From: Staphylothermus marinus F1
Lineage (GTDB): Archaea > Thermoproteota > Thermoprotei_A > Sulfolobales > Desulfurococcaceae
Direction: 5' to 3'
DNA: 32,000 nucleotides
Assembly: GCF_000015945.1 (NCBI RefSeq)
Contig: NC_009033.1
Coordinates: forward strand, 690,001 to 722,000
The position numbers and the translations under genes are program-made. Positions 1-8,014 of this stretch are shown here, piece by piece; position 1 is the first letter of the stretch, and every line of letters begins with the position of its first letter. The notes under the pieces are model-generated. The model was not told the origin of the DNA, ran no database searches, and saw only the letters and a program-made list of their open reading frames with translations.

Positions 1-487
1 TTCCTTCACTATAAAGACCTCATTATTTCCTCTCAGCTCCTTTCTCCTCCCATCTAGTGGCAGGACTATCTCCCCTGCTTATCCACCTTTTTAACCTCTA
101 TACCATAATTCATAGAGGCTCACCATTATATTCTATACAAATGGAGAATCATAAATAATCTATGGAAGGTTCTTTATATGAGAACCTGTTTCTTCTACAT
201 TATGGCTTTATTAAACATATGCATTCCAGAAGAGAGTAAGATCGGCTGAAACAGGCTAAATGGAGATCGAATATTTAAGTGTAGTGTTGTGGATAAAAGA
301 AATACTTCTTTCAAAGATTTTTCAATTATATATTATATATTAAGGATTATCCATGTATGTTTTGAAGGGAAAGATTTAGTGGTATATGATACTATTTTGC
401 TTAATATTCTTTAGTGTACTAATTATGTATTCTAGCTAGTTCAAATTATTTATTGGGGATAAAGATTTAAGAATGCTGTTGCTATAA

Positions 488-500
488 ATAACAGTGTTAT
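488..500 (+). promoter_or_regulatory. Candidate operator box 1, ATAACAGTGTTAT (5-bp inverted arms ATAAC/GTTAT, 3-bp spacer), between a TATA-like element and the GTG start at 511
   Basis: Read directly from the sequence: ctataaATAACAGTGTTATaaataagcggGTG. The same 13-mer recurs in gene orientation at 1881-1893, and with one central mismatch at 3485-3497. All three copies are promoter-proximal. Confidence 0.45.
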
Positions 501-510
501 AAATAAGCGG

Positions 511-1467
511 GTGGATGTTTTGAGTGAGAAAAGGTTTATACTAAAAGTGTTCCGTAACCCTATGGAAATGCTACCTCATATATGGCCTACTCCTCTAGTA
601 TTCCTTCCTAGCTTATCTGACAAAGATAGGGAAGTTTATGGAAAACTAGAGTACTTCAATCCTTTCAGCCATAGTATTAAAGATCGTGCTGTATGGAATA
701 TGGTAGTAAAGGCTTACCAAGAGTGTATTGAATGCAAGAAATTGTATGAGGCAACATCAGGTAATGTCGGAATAGCTCTTGCTTGTATATCAAATTTATT
801 AGGTATAAAGTTTAGAGCATATATCCCAAAGAATACACCTAGGATAACTGAAATTCTTCTTAAAATGCTTGGAGCGGAAGTTATTCGCACAGAGTATGAA
901 ACTATAAACCAGGAGTTTATCGAATATGTAAGAAACGCCGCAGAGAAGGATAATGCGTTAAATCTTAACCAATTTACAAATGACAACAATTTTGAAGTAC
1001 ATTATAAGTATACTGCAAGAGAATTGGAGGAGCAATTAAAAGTTATAAATAAAGTACCTCCTACTGCTATAATAGCTTCAATCGGGACATCTGGCCATAT
1101 AGGCGGAATATCAACTTACTTTAAGGAAAAATATGGGAATAGTGTTAAGATAATAGGTGTAGTGCCAGCAAAAGGAAGTGTTATACCCGGTATAAAGAGG
1201 CTAGAAACAAATCCCAAATGGTATTCCAAAGACAAAGTAGATAGAGTTATTGAAATTACAAAGGAGGAAGCAGTTAAACAAGTACTAAAAATAGCTAGAA
1301 AAGATGGATTACTTCTTGGATTAAGTAGTGGAGCCGTAGCTGCAGCCTATGAACATATAAGACAAGAATATGATAGAGGAGTATTTATACTGGTGTTTCC
1401 CGATGATTCCTTTAAATACCTTGAGATCTTTGGAGACTACCTAAGGATGCATCCAAATAATGTTTAA
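511..1467 (+). CDS. PLP-dependent cysteine synthase family enzyme (CysK/CysM/O-phosphoserine sulfhydrylase-like)
   Basis: 318-aa ORF with a GTG start. It has the PLP-lysine motif SIKDRAV, SGNVGIALA, the glycine loop GTSGHIGG and SSGA, all typical of fold-type II beta-replacement enzymes. The exact substrate cannot be assigned from sequence. Confidence 0.8.
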   Translation: MDVLSEKRFILKVFRNPMEMLPHIWPTPLVFLPSLSDKDREVYGKLEYFNPFSHSIKDRAVWNMVVKAYQECIECKKLYEATSGNVGIALACISNLLGIKFRAYIPKNTPRITEILLKMLGAEVIRTEYETINQEFIEYVRNAAEKDNALNLNQFTNDNNFEVHYKYTARELEEQLKVINKVPPTAIIASIGTSGHIGGISTYFKEKYGNSVKIIGVVPAKGSVIPGIKRLETNPKWYSKDKVDRVIEITKEEAVKQVLKIARKDGLLLGLSSGAVAAAYEHIRQEYDRGVFILVFPDDSFKYLEIFGDYLRMHPNNV

Positions 1468-1477
1468 TAAACTATCA

Positions 1478-1855
1478 TCATCCCTGGAAAATACATTCTG
1501 GATAAATAATGTCCTTAGGATTTATCCCTAGTAAGTTGAGTATGCTTTCAATCCCCTTCATCCTTAGTTCTGTACATAAATCACAGGGAGTAATATTAGT
1601 ACATTTCCTCTTTACTAAGCAATCAACCTCTTTTTTTACAATATCTCTAATTAAGGGATCCCTCTCAAGAACAACAATATATTTTGGCCTCCTTCTCCCA
1701 CTGATATAATAATTTAAAAAAGGCTGGCTAACACCAAGAAGCTTAGAGATCCCCAGTTGCGTATACCCATATTTCTCAAGAAGTTCCTTAGCAATTAATA
1801 TTCTAATAGCTGGGAGAATTCTCTTAACATAGACTTCGCAATAAGAATACTTCAA
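1478..1855 (-). CDS. Small HTH transcriptional regulator (COG2522-like) with a Cys-rich C-terminal half
   Basis: 125-aa ORF with a TTG start. The N-terminal region ILPAIRILIAKELLEKYGYTQLGISKLLGVSQPFLNYYISGRR looks like an XRE/COG2522-type helix-turn-helix. The C-terminal part has C79-x5-C85-x5-C91-x2-C94 plus C121. Confidence 0.65.
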   Translation of the reverse strand: MKYSYCEVYVKRILPAIRILIAKELLEKYGYTQLGISKLLGVSQPFLNYYISGRRRPKYIVVLERDPLIRDIVKKEVDCLVKRKCTNITPCDLCTELRMKGIESILNLLGINPKDIIYPECIFQG

Positions 1856-1880
1856 AATATCACCAAATAAATTGTAGTAG

Positions 1881-1893
1881 ATAACACTGTTAT
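1881..1893 (-). promoter_or_regulatory. Candidate operator box 2 (ATAACAGTGTTAT when read on the minus strand) upstream of the HTH regulator gene
   Basis: The plus strand reads ATAACACTGTTAT, the exact reverse complement of box 1. It lies 26-38 nt upstream of the TTG start at 1855 and overlaps a TTTATAA TATA-like element. Confidence 0.45.
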
Positions 1894-2002
1894 AAACATC
1901 ATGGTTTATACGAACTATTGCTTTATCAACAAAGATCTTGTATAAAGTAGTTTTTATTCAGTGTCTCTAGTTATGTTTAATAAAAATGATGACAGTTTGT
2001 TC

Positions 2003-2233
2003 CTATGTATTTTTTGTGACATAGACTTCATAGTATTCTCCATGATCTTCATAATCCTTTATAGAATATCCAAGCTTTCTCAATAAAATCTCTAGAACTA
2101 CTCTAGGGGCATCACTATGTTTTACAATAATTTTTAATTCACTATATCCTTCCCTTAACTTCTTATTTATAATAACTAGAGGTCGTTCTGTACACCCAGG
2201 TCCCCGATCCCTTAGATCAAGTACTTCAACCAT
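2003..2233 (-). CDS. TusA/SirA-like sulfur-carrier (sulfurtransferase) domain protein
   Basis: 76-aa ORF overlapping the sufS stop by 8 nt, which suggests an operon. The N-terminal LDLRDRGPGCTERP resembles the LD-x-RG-x-x-CP-x-P active-site Cys loop of the TusA family. It has the usual two-layer alpha/beta size. Confidence 0.6.
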   Translation of the reverse strand: MVEVLDLRDRGPGCTERPLVIINKKLREGYSELKIIVKHSDAPRVVLEILLRKLGYSIKDYEDHGEYYEVYVTKNT

Positions 2234-3482
2234 ATATCTTCACCATAAGCTCCTTTAATGAAGTAACTAGTTTTTCTATATCCTCCATGGTATTGTATAT
2301 GTAATAGCTTGCTCTAACACTACCATCTAGCAAACCAAGGTATTCATGGAGAGGTTCGGCGCAATGGAATCCTGCTCTAACACAAATATTCTTCGACGCC
2401 AACCATGTTGCTACTACTTCAGGTTTTACATTATCTCTGAAAGTAAATGCTACAAGCCCTGTTCTTTTGGTAGGGTCAAGTGGGCCAATAATCCTGATGC
2501 GATCTCCAAAGGCTTCCTGTAATTCCTTAATAAGAGTCCTAGATAATATGATCTCATGACTTCTTATGTTATTATATCCTATTTTATTAACGTATTCAAG
2601 AGCGGCTTTTAATCCTACGGCTCCAGCTACATTGGGGGTGCCTGCTTCAAATTTCCATGGTAGGTCATTGTATTTTACTTTAGTTTCCATGGTATCCCTG
2701 TTGATCAAAGTAACATTCTTTACCATATCCCCGCCCAGCATTACTGGGATCATGTTTTCGAGTAAATCTCTTCTACCCCATATTACACCAATACCCATTG
2801 GCCCAAGGATCTTGTGGGCACTAAATACTGTAAAATCAATTCCTAGGTCCCGAACATCTAGTCTTAAGTGTGGTATGCTTTGGGCAGCATCCAATACTGT
2901 TATTATATTATTCTTTCTTGCTAGACTAGTTATTTTCTTTACACTGTTTATTACTCCTGTAACATTTGATGCATGGGTAAATGCAATAACCTTTGTTCTT
3001 TCAGTTATTAAGTTTTCTATATGCTTTACTAGAACACCTTCTCTCTCACTAACTTTAGCTATCTTAACTTTTATCCCATAGGTCTTGCTCAACCTAAGCC
3101 ATGGAAGAAGATTACTATGGTGCTCCATAATAGTTGTTATTACTTCATCACCTGGTTTAAGAAAACTAAATGCTAGAGAATATGCTATTATGTTTAATGC
3201 CTCACTAGCATTTCTTGTATATATTACTTCATCCCAGGAACTAGCATTAAGGAATTTGGCAACATACTCCTTGGTGTCCTCATATAATTCTGTACTTTTC
3301 TCACTTAATTCGTACAGTCCCCTGTGTATGTTAGCATTATATTCTCTATAATAATCGGTAATGGCGTTTATGACATAATAGGGTTTCTGTGTAGTAGCAG
3401 CATTATCTAGGTATACTATATTATATCTATGTAACAAAGGAAAATCATTCCTTATTAGATAGGGGTCAAGCGATGTAGTCAC
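2226..3482 (-). CDS. sufS: Cysteine desulfurase, class V aminotransferase, SufS/CsdA (group II) type
   Basis: 418-aa ORF with a GTG start. It has the PLP-lysine motif FSAHKILGPMGIG, HHSNLLPW, and the active-site Cys loop RAGFHCAEP typical of group II desulfurases. Confidence 0.9.
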   Translation of the reverse strand: MTTSLDPYLIRNDFPLLHRYNIVYLDNAATTQKPYYVINAITDYYREYNANIHRGLYELSEKSTELYEDTKEYVAKFLNASSWDEVIYTRNASEALNIIAYSLAFSFLKPGDEVITTIMEHHSNLLPWLRLSKTYGIKVKIAKVSEREGVLVKHIENLITERTKVIAFTHASNVTGVINSVKKITSLARKNNIITVLDAAQSIPHLRLDVRDLGIDFTVFSAHKILGPMGIGVIWGRRDLLENMIPVMLGGDMVKNVTLINRDTMETKVKYNDLPWKFEAGTPNVAGAVGLKAALEYVNKIGYNNIRSHEIILSRTLIKELQEAFGDRIRIIGPLDPTKRTGLVAFTFRDNVKPEVVATWLASKNICVRAGFHCAEPLHEYLGLLDGSVRASYYIYNTMEDIEKLVTSLKELMVKIYG

Positions 3483-3484
3483 CT

Positions 3485-3497
3485 ATAACACCGTTAT
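3485..3497 (-). promoter_or_regulatory. Candidate operator box 3 (ATAACGGTGTTAT on the minus strand) immediately upstream of sufS
   Basis: The plus strand reads ATAACACCGTTAT. The box ends 3 nt from the GTG start at 3482, and a TATA-like aatatagtatta lies just upstream on the minus strand. Confidence 0.45.
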
Positions 3498-3665
3498 AGA
3501 TAATACTATATTAGCCTAAATTAAATTTTATGTCGATGCCGTTCCTTCAGCCCTCCTCAAATGTGAGCATATAGTGTTCTCGCTAACGAATAATTGAACC
3601 AAGCCCTCCACCATCTAATCGGTTTTTATATAAATAAAGAGGAGGGCCCCCAAACTAATTTTAAG

Positions 3666-3776
3666 GGCCCGGGCCGGGATTTGAACCCGGGACCTCCGGG
3701 TTTCTGTCTTTTCCCCTCTTTTATCATTGGGGGTTTGTCCACAGCCCGGCGCTCTACCGGCTGAGCTACCCGGGCC
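3666..3776 (-). tRNA. tRNA-His(GUG): tRNA-His (anticodon GUG) with encoded G-1 and a 37-nt intron at the canonical 37/38 position (about 3702-3738)
   Basis: Manual cloverleaf: G-1, acceptor GCCCGGG/CCCGGGC, D arm GCTC-AGCCGGTA-GAGC, anticodon stem CCGGG/CCCGG with loop CT-GTG-G|intron|A, variable loop AGGTC, T arm CCGGG-TTCAAAT-CCCGG, discriminator C pairing with G-1. CCA is not encoded. Confidence 0.9.
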
Positions 3777-3906
3777 ACTTATAATGGTTGCCGGGCTGTG
3801 GTTTTGTGGCCTGGGTTCTTCATCGCGTTTTTGCTCTTAGTCCGGGCCCTTTGCTGTATTCTATTATTTGTTTAGGGGTGTTTTTATAGTTTAGTATGTT
3901 TTTGAC

Positions 3907-4566
3907 TTGTTTATGTGGTGGGGGGTGGTGTTTGGTTTGGGTGGTTGTTGGTTTATTGTTTCTGGTTTTGATTGGTATCGTGGGAGGGGTGGTTGGGTTT
4001 TGTATTATCCTAATCCTTCTGGTGTTGTTGCTTCTCTGCTTGATGGAGTGGTTGTTGGGGATTGTAGTGTTCGTGGTGTTGTTTTGGATGTTGATTATTC
4101 TAGTATAGTGAGGCTTAACAGGGTCTTAGAGGAGCTTAGGCCTGTTGGTGTTGTTGGGCTTGGTCTTCACCCTCTTGCTAGTGTTCCGTTGTTGGAGGCT
4201 TCTGCTGTTAATATTTGTTTCGAAAACCATGATGGTGAGAAAACTGTTTCTAAGCTATATAGTGATTCGCCTCTGAGTATTAGTGTTCAAATAGAATTGT
4301 TTGATTTATTAAAGTATTTGTGGAGTAGGGGATACGATGTTGCACCATCAAATACTACTGGGCTTTATTTATGTAATGCTGTAGCATATACAATCTATAG
4401 GTATGCTTCTAGGAATAATTCTAAAGCATTATTCATACATATACCACCAGTTGGTATATTAAAGCATAGACTTAGTAGAACATATGTGAATATGTGGAGT
4501 ATTGATTTGTTGAAGCAACTAGTAGTTGATGTTTTAAAGTATATGGTTAAAATAAGTGATAAGTGA
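3907..4566 (+). CDS. pcp: Pyroglutamyl-peptidase I (pyrrolidone-carboxylate peptidase, peptidase C15)
   Basis: 219-aa ORF. FIVSGFDWY aligns to the N-terminal VLVTGFEPF motif, LLEASAVN carries the catalytic Glu, GLYLCNAVAY the catalytic Cys and ALFIHIPP the catalytic His. The start is uncertain (3907 or 3913) because the 5' half lies in an A-poor tract with no stop codons. Confidence 0.75.
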   Translation: MFMWWGVVFGLGGCWFIVSGFDWYRGRGGWVLYYPNPSGVVASLLDGVVVGDCSVRGVVLDVDYSSIVRLNRVLEELRPVGVVGLGLHPLASVPLLEASAVNICFENHDGEKTVSKLYSDSPLSISVQIELFDLLKYLWSRGYDVAPSNTTGLYLCNAVAYTIYRYASRNNSKALFIHIPPVGILKHRLSRTYVNMWSIDLLKQLVVDVLKYMVKISDK

Positions 4567-4570
4567 ATAG

Positions 4571-5290
4571 TTAGCTAGATAGTTTCTTCCTAATATTTAT
4601 TAAGAGGTCTGGGTAATCACTAGCAATACCATCCACTTCTCTCCTAATCATTTCATAAACTAGTTTCTCATTATTAACTGTCCAAACAACTACTTTGAGC
4701 TTAAGCTTATGTGCTAGCTGATTAGCTTTTAATGATGCTATATTATAGCGTGGAAGCACAATATTTGCTCTGAGTTTTTTAGCATCAAATAATCTACCGG
4801 GAGGCTTAAAATATATTAGTCCAGTAACAATGTTTGGAATCAATTGTTTAGCTTTTACAAGTGCTTCATCATGAAAGCTAATGATTGCTACATTATTTAC
4901 CATGTTATATTTATTGATGAGCTCCACTACTCTACGAGTAATATTTGGCTCCTTTATCTCAACAAATAAGCCAACACGATCCTTAACAAGCTCTAAAACT
5001 TCGCTCAGTAAAGGTATGTGTTCACTATCAAGCCTCAAATTATTTCTTATCCATGAATAATCCAGTTCATTAATAGATTTATTTATTCCAAATAATCTCT
5101 TAAGATCGGGGTCGTGGAAAACAATTATTTCCCCATCCCTCGTAGCCCTAACATCTACCTCAACTATTTCAACACCCAAACCAATAACATACTCTATTGA
5201 TTTCAAAGTATTCTCAGGATACCTACCAGCAGCTCCTCTATGACCAATAACTGCGAAAGGCTTAATATTTAAGAGATCAATTATACTCAA
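4571..5290 (-). CDS. Glycerophosphodiester phosphodiesterase (GDPD family)
   Basis: 239-aa ORF with the motifs IGHRGAAGRYPENT, EVDVRATRDGEIIVFHD and VVVWTVN, characteristic of the GDPD/UgpQ family. Confidence 0.85.
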   Translation of the reverse strand: MSIIDLLNIKPFAVIGHRGAAGRYPENTLKSIEYVIGLGVEIVEVDVRATRDGEIIVFHDPDLKRLFGINKSINELDYSWIRNNLRLDSEHIPLLSEVLELVKDRVGLFVEIKEPNITRRVVELINKYNMVNNVAIISFHDEALVKAKQLIPNIVTGLIYFKPPGRLFDAKKLRANIVLPRYNIASLKANQLAHKLKLKVVVWTVNNEKLVYEMIRREVDGIASDYPDLLINIRKKLSS

Positions 5291-5403
5291 AACAAGTTCC
5301 TCGAAAAAGTTTTATCTACGATATAATCTGTACTTGCTGAGTAAAATATCTTCACATAAATAAAACATAGGATAAGCTAGCTAGAAGGATTTATAGAATG
5401 ATT

Positions 5404-5565
5404 CTACTTTAGTTTAAAGCCTTTCTTAGGCCTCAAATTCTTACTCTTACATCTCCTACACTTTGTGGCTGTGGGCGGGTTTAATGCTCCACATTTACGG
5501 CAAACCTTCTTGTTTAGAACTCTATTATATACTATTTGTAGTTTTACCGGGTCCGTTATAGGCAT
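5404..5565 (-). CDS. rpl40e: Ribosomal protein L40e (eL40), 53 aa, absent from the supplied ORF track
   Basis: Manual translation gives [53 protein letters not shown], then TAG. This is the C4 zinc-ribbon CRKCG...CRRC signature of archaeal L40e. A GGGGAGGAGA Shine-Dalgarno-like sequence lies just upstream (plus-strand tctcctcccc at 5571-5580). Confidence 0.85.
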   Translation of the reverse strand: MPITDPVKLQIVYNRVLNKKVCRKCGALNPPTATKCRRCKSKNLRPKKGFKLK

Positions 5566-5635
5566 TATTATCTCCTCCCCAAACTATTCCCTATTATTAC
5601 TTTCCCAATTATGTTGTGGCTCGTTTATTGCTTTA

Positions 5636-7089
5636 TTATTGTTTACCCTTTATAAGTTTCTTGATTAAAAGCATTATGCTCAATACTAGTAGGTTTGCAA
5701 GTAATCCCCAGAGTCCCTCATATATGTTCCATATTCTCCCATAATAATATTTCACATATCCAACCACTATCATTCCAGCAGACATTGCTGTTACAGCAGT
5801 ATATTTATCTATTAATCCAGGCTTCTTCAACGCTATAATGTATTCTGGGAAAAACTGTACTATTCCAGCATATCCTACAAGTAATAAATAAATTAATGCT
5901 CCGGGAGCATATATTGCTAGTATAAGGCTTATCAACGCGATCAAGCATGTGAATAATCTAGCATATATTAGTAGTTGTTTCTCGTTTTTGGCGAATACAA
6001 TATTCTTTGAAAACAACGCACCAGATACGTGGAGAATTGCTGCAGCAGTAGATATTGAAGCAGCCAATGCTCCAGCACCAATTAATCCAACTATGAATGG
6101 GTTAAAGAGGGTTCTAGCTACAAGCATGAAGCTTTGATCAGCATATTCCTTTACATGTATAGGAACATTTAGTAATCCCTTAGCAACTAAGCCCACAGCA
6201 GTTAAGCCAACAAGAATAGCTGGTATTTGGCTCAACTGGTAGATCCCAACTAAAACCATGTTTCTCTTAACAGTTTCCTCATCTCTAGCGCCGAAAATGT
6301 TTTGAACACGGTTAGGCCAAAGCCAGAAAGCCATTGGTGCAATAAGGATTATCGAGTATAGAAAGTATAGATCACTAGTTGTAGGATATAAGTGAAACTT
6401 AGCACTTGGAGGTGGATTATAGCTTGTTAAGGTATTGAATAACTTGTCTATTCCGCCGAAAGCAACTATTGGCGAAACAATTCCTATAAACCATATTGCT
6501 ATAAGCATTATTGCTCCTTGCAACGCATTAATGCTTGCAACACTGACTAGTCCACCTATGATCACAAATATTGCTAGTAATGTGAAAGCCACTACTTTAG
6601 CTGTTAAAGGATCTATGTATCCATAACCTGAAACCTCAATAATATAACCCATCCCCTGGATTTGGAGCTGAACATATGGTATACTCCACAAAGCACCCGT
6701 TAAAGCAACAAATCCAGCAACAAAACGTGAATTATAGAGGTCTCTGAAGGCATCAGCAAGAGTTAACCAACCCCTCTCCTTAGCATCGCGCCAAAGCCGT
6801 GGTATTAGCCAGAACCCTATGAGATAACTAATCATACCATACAATGTTATAGCCCAAACACTAAAACCCTCACGCCAGCTAGTCCTGGAAGACCTAGGAA
6901 AGTATATGAACTATAAATATTTGCTCCAAGACTAAGCCATAATATTATTAATCCAAGTCTTCTCCCAGCAACAAACCATTCAGACGCTTTTCCCCTAACT
7001 CTTCTCCTAGTAGCTATGTAGCCGTATCCAAAAGTTATCGCTAACCATCCAGAAATTATTGATAAAGAAATTATTTCCTCAACCCCCAA
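5636..7089 (-). pseudogene. Sodium:solute symporter family (SSF) transporter split by a 1-nt frameshift near 6875-6880 (80-aa N-terminal ORF plus 402-aa ORF)
   Basis: The 80-aa ORF carries the SSF N-terminus (WFVAGRRLG...LGANIYSSYTFLGLPGLA). The other frame reads on as WREGFSVWAITLYGMISYLIGFWLIPRLWR into the 402-aa ORF. The two frames overlap at a single T (6877), so one missing base explains the split. Confidence 0.7.
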
Positions 7090-7090
7090 G

Positions 7091-7366
7091 CTAGGCTCGC
7101 CTCTCTCGACTTATAAGATACGCTGTGATCAAAAGTATGAATACGAAGATCACCCAGAACAACATATATAACCATGCAATAACAGGGTTGCCTGAAACAC
7201 TAGAATACTCCATTATCAAAGGTAATAATAAGCCGGGAATGTAAGCGAGTATTAGTAGAATAACTGGGTTCTTATGAGAACTCATTGTTTCACCAATGAT
7301 AAAATTAGAAAAACCCATGGATAATAAATATATGTATTGATGAGGTTTTCCGGCGGAACTGAGCAT
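7091..7366 (-). CDS. Small two-TM membrane protein, DUF3311-like accessory subunit of SSF transporters (likely true start ATG at 7285, 64 aa)
   Basis: Two hydrophobic helices (PVILLILAYIPGLLLPLI and VIAWLYMLFWVIFVFILLITAYLI). The stop abuts the symporter start. GGTGA lies 4 nt upstream of the internal ATG. The position matches the known pairing of small DUF3311 proteins with SSF genes. Confidence 0.55.
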   Translation of the reverse strand: MLSSAGKPHQYIYLLSMGFSNFIIGETMSSHKNPVILLILAYIPGLLLPLIMEYSSVSGNPVIAWLYMLFWVIFVFILLITAYLISRERRA

Positions 7367-7399
7367 TCCGAAGCGATGATGTACTCTTCGCTGACCCGA

Positions 7400-8014
7400 T
7401 CAGAAACTTATTCCGATCGATGATAATCTTTCGCGAATCAACGATTGTTCCTCTTCAGGGAATGCCTCAATAGATTTCTCGAGAAGCCTCTTATCAAGAC
7501 TGCCCAGTTTCTTATAGTATTCTGAAAGCTTATCAAGATCAACACCTTGCCGTGCTTTCAGAACAAAGTAGTGCTCGGGTCTAAGAACCCTCACTTTTAC
7601 ACCTTTAACATTAATTGTTCTAGCTTGGCCAAGTATTTCCTCAGGTATCTCTATATCCATGAAGTTCTCGTATAGCTCCACAATAATTTCTTTCTCACCG
7701 ACACGAGCAATGATCCTAGGTGTTCCTAGCTCAGTTGTCGAAATACCCCAGTTCTCCTTCTCAACTATTTCACGGTAGAAATCCTCCTCCACCAAGGGGC
7801 TAGGCTCATAAACAAATAGATCAACATCTCCCGTGAACAATTTAATTCTAAGAGCAAGCTGTACAACAGTATCACCTATAACAACAAACTTCACCCCATA
7901 ACTACTAAGTTTGCCGAGAACAACTGCTAGATCCTCAAGAGTATAAGTCAACCATACCACCTCCGCTCCTATTTTTATAAATGCACATAATACTATTTTT
8001 GATGAACTACTCAT
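7400..8014 (-). CDS. Nucleotidyltransferase-fold protein of unknown function (DUF2204/minimal NTase-like)
   Basis: 204-aa ORF. FVVIGDTVVQLALRIKLFTGDVDLFV resembles the G-x-A...T-x-D-x-D-L catalytic strand pair of minimal nucleotidyltransferases. The start is uncertain, and no HEPN-like partner ORF is visible nearby. Confidence 0.45.
   Translation of the reverse strand: MSSSSKIVLCAFIKIGAEVVWLTYTLEDLAVVLGKLSSYGVKFVVIGDTVVQLALRIKLFTGDVDLFVYEPSPLVEEDFYREIVEKENWGISTTELGTPRIIARVGEKEIIVELYENFMDIEIPEEILGQARTINVKGVKVRVLRPEHYFVLKARQGVDLDKLSEYYKKLGSLDKRLLEKSIEAFPEEEQSLIRERLSSIGISF

Noticed and set aside
1-510. A 510-bp stretch with no ORF of 60 aa or more. It contains small hairpins (GGTTCT/AGAACC at 168-186 and CCTCTAT/ATAGAGG at 104-127). 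A minus-strand frame is open to position 1, with its only start candidate a GTG at 9-7.
   Set aside because: All ATG-initiated ORFs I translated are under 30 aa and featureless. The region is AT-rich with no GC island or box motifs. A leftward gene may begin at the very edge of the window, but this cannot be evaluated. Apart from the operator box at 488-500, nothing here can be supported.
3896-4108. A 70-aa hydrophobic ORF overlapping the 5' part of pcp in another plus-strand frame
   Set aside because: It is an artefact of the A-depleted tract. Without A there are no stop codons in any plus frame. The V/L/G/F/W-rich translation simply mirrors G+T-rich codons, whereas the pcp frame has family motifs.
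5465-5668. A 67-aa plus-strand ORF
   Set aside because: It lies antisense to the clearly recognisable L40e gene (5404-5565) and to the 3' end of the symporter gene. It has no motifs.
7367-7399. C/D-box-like letters (GATGATG ... CTGA) and two mini-hairpins (CGAAG/CTTCG and CTGA/TCAG) in the 33-nt gap between two minus-strand genes
   Set aside because: The box spacing is only 8 nt and the boxes are on the strand opposite to transcription. This is more likely fortuitous or a small intergenic terminator or processing hairpin.
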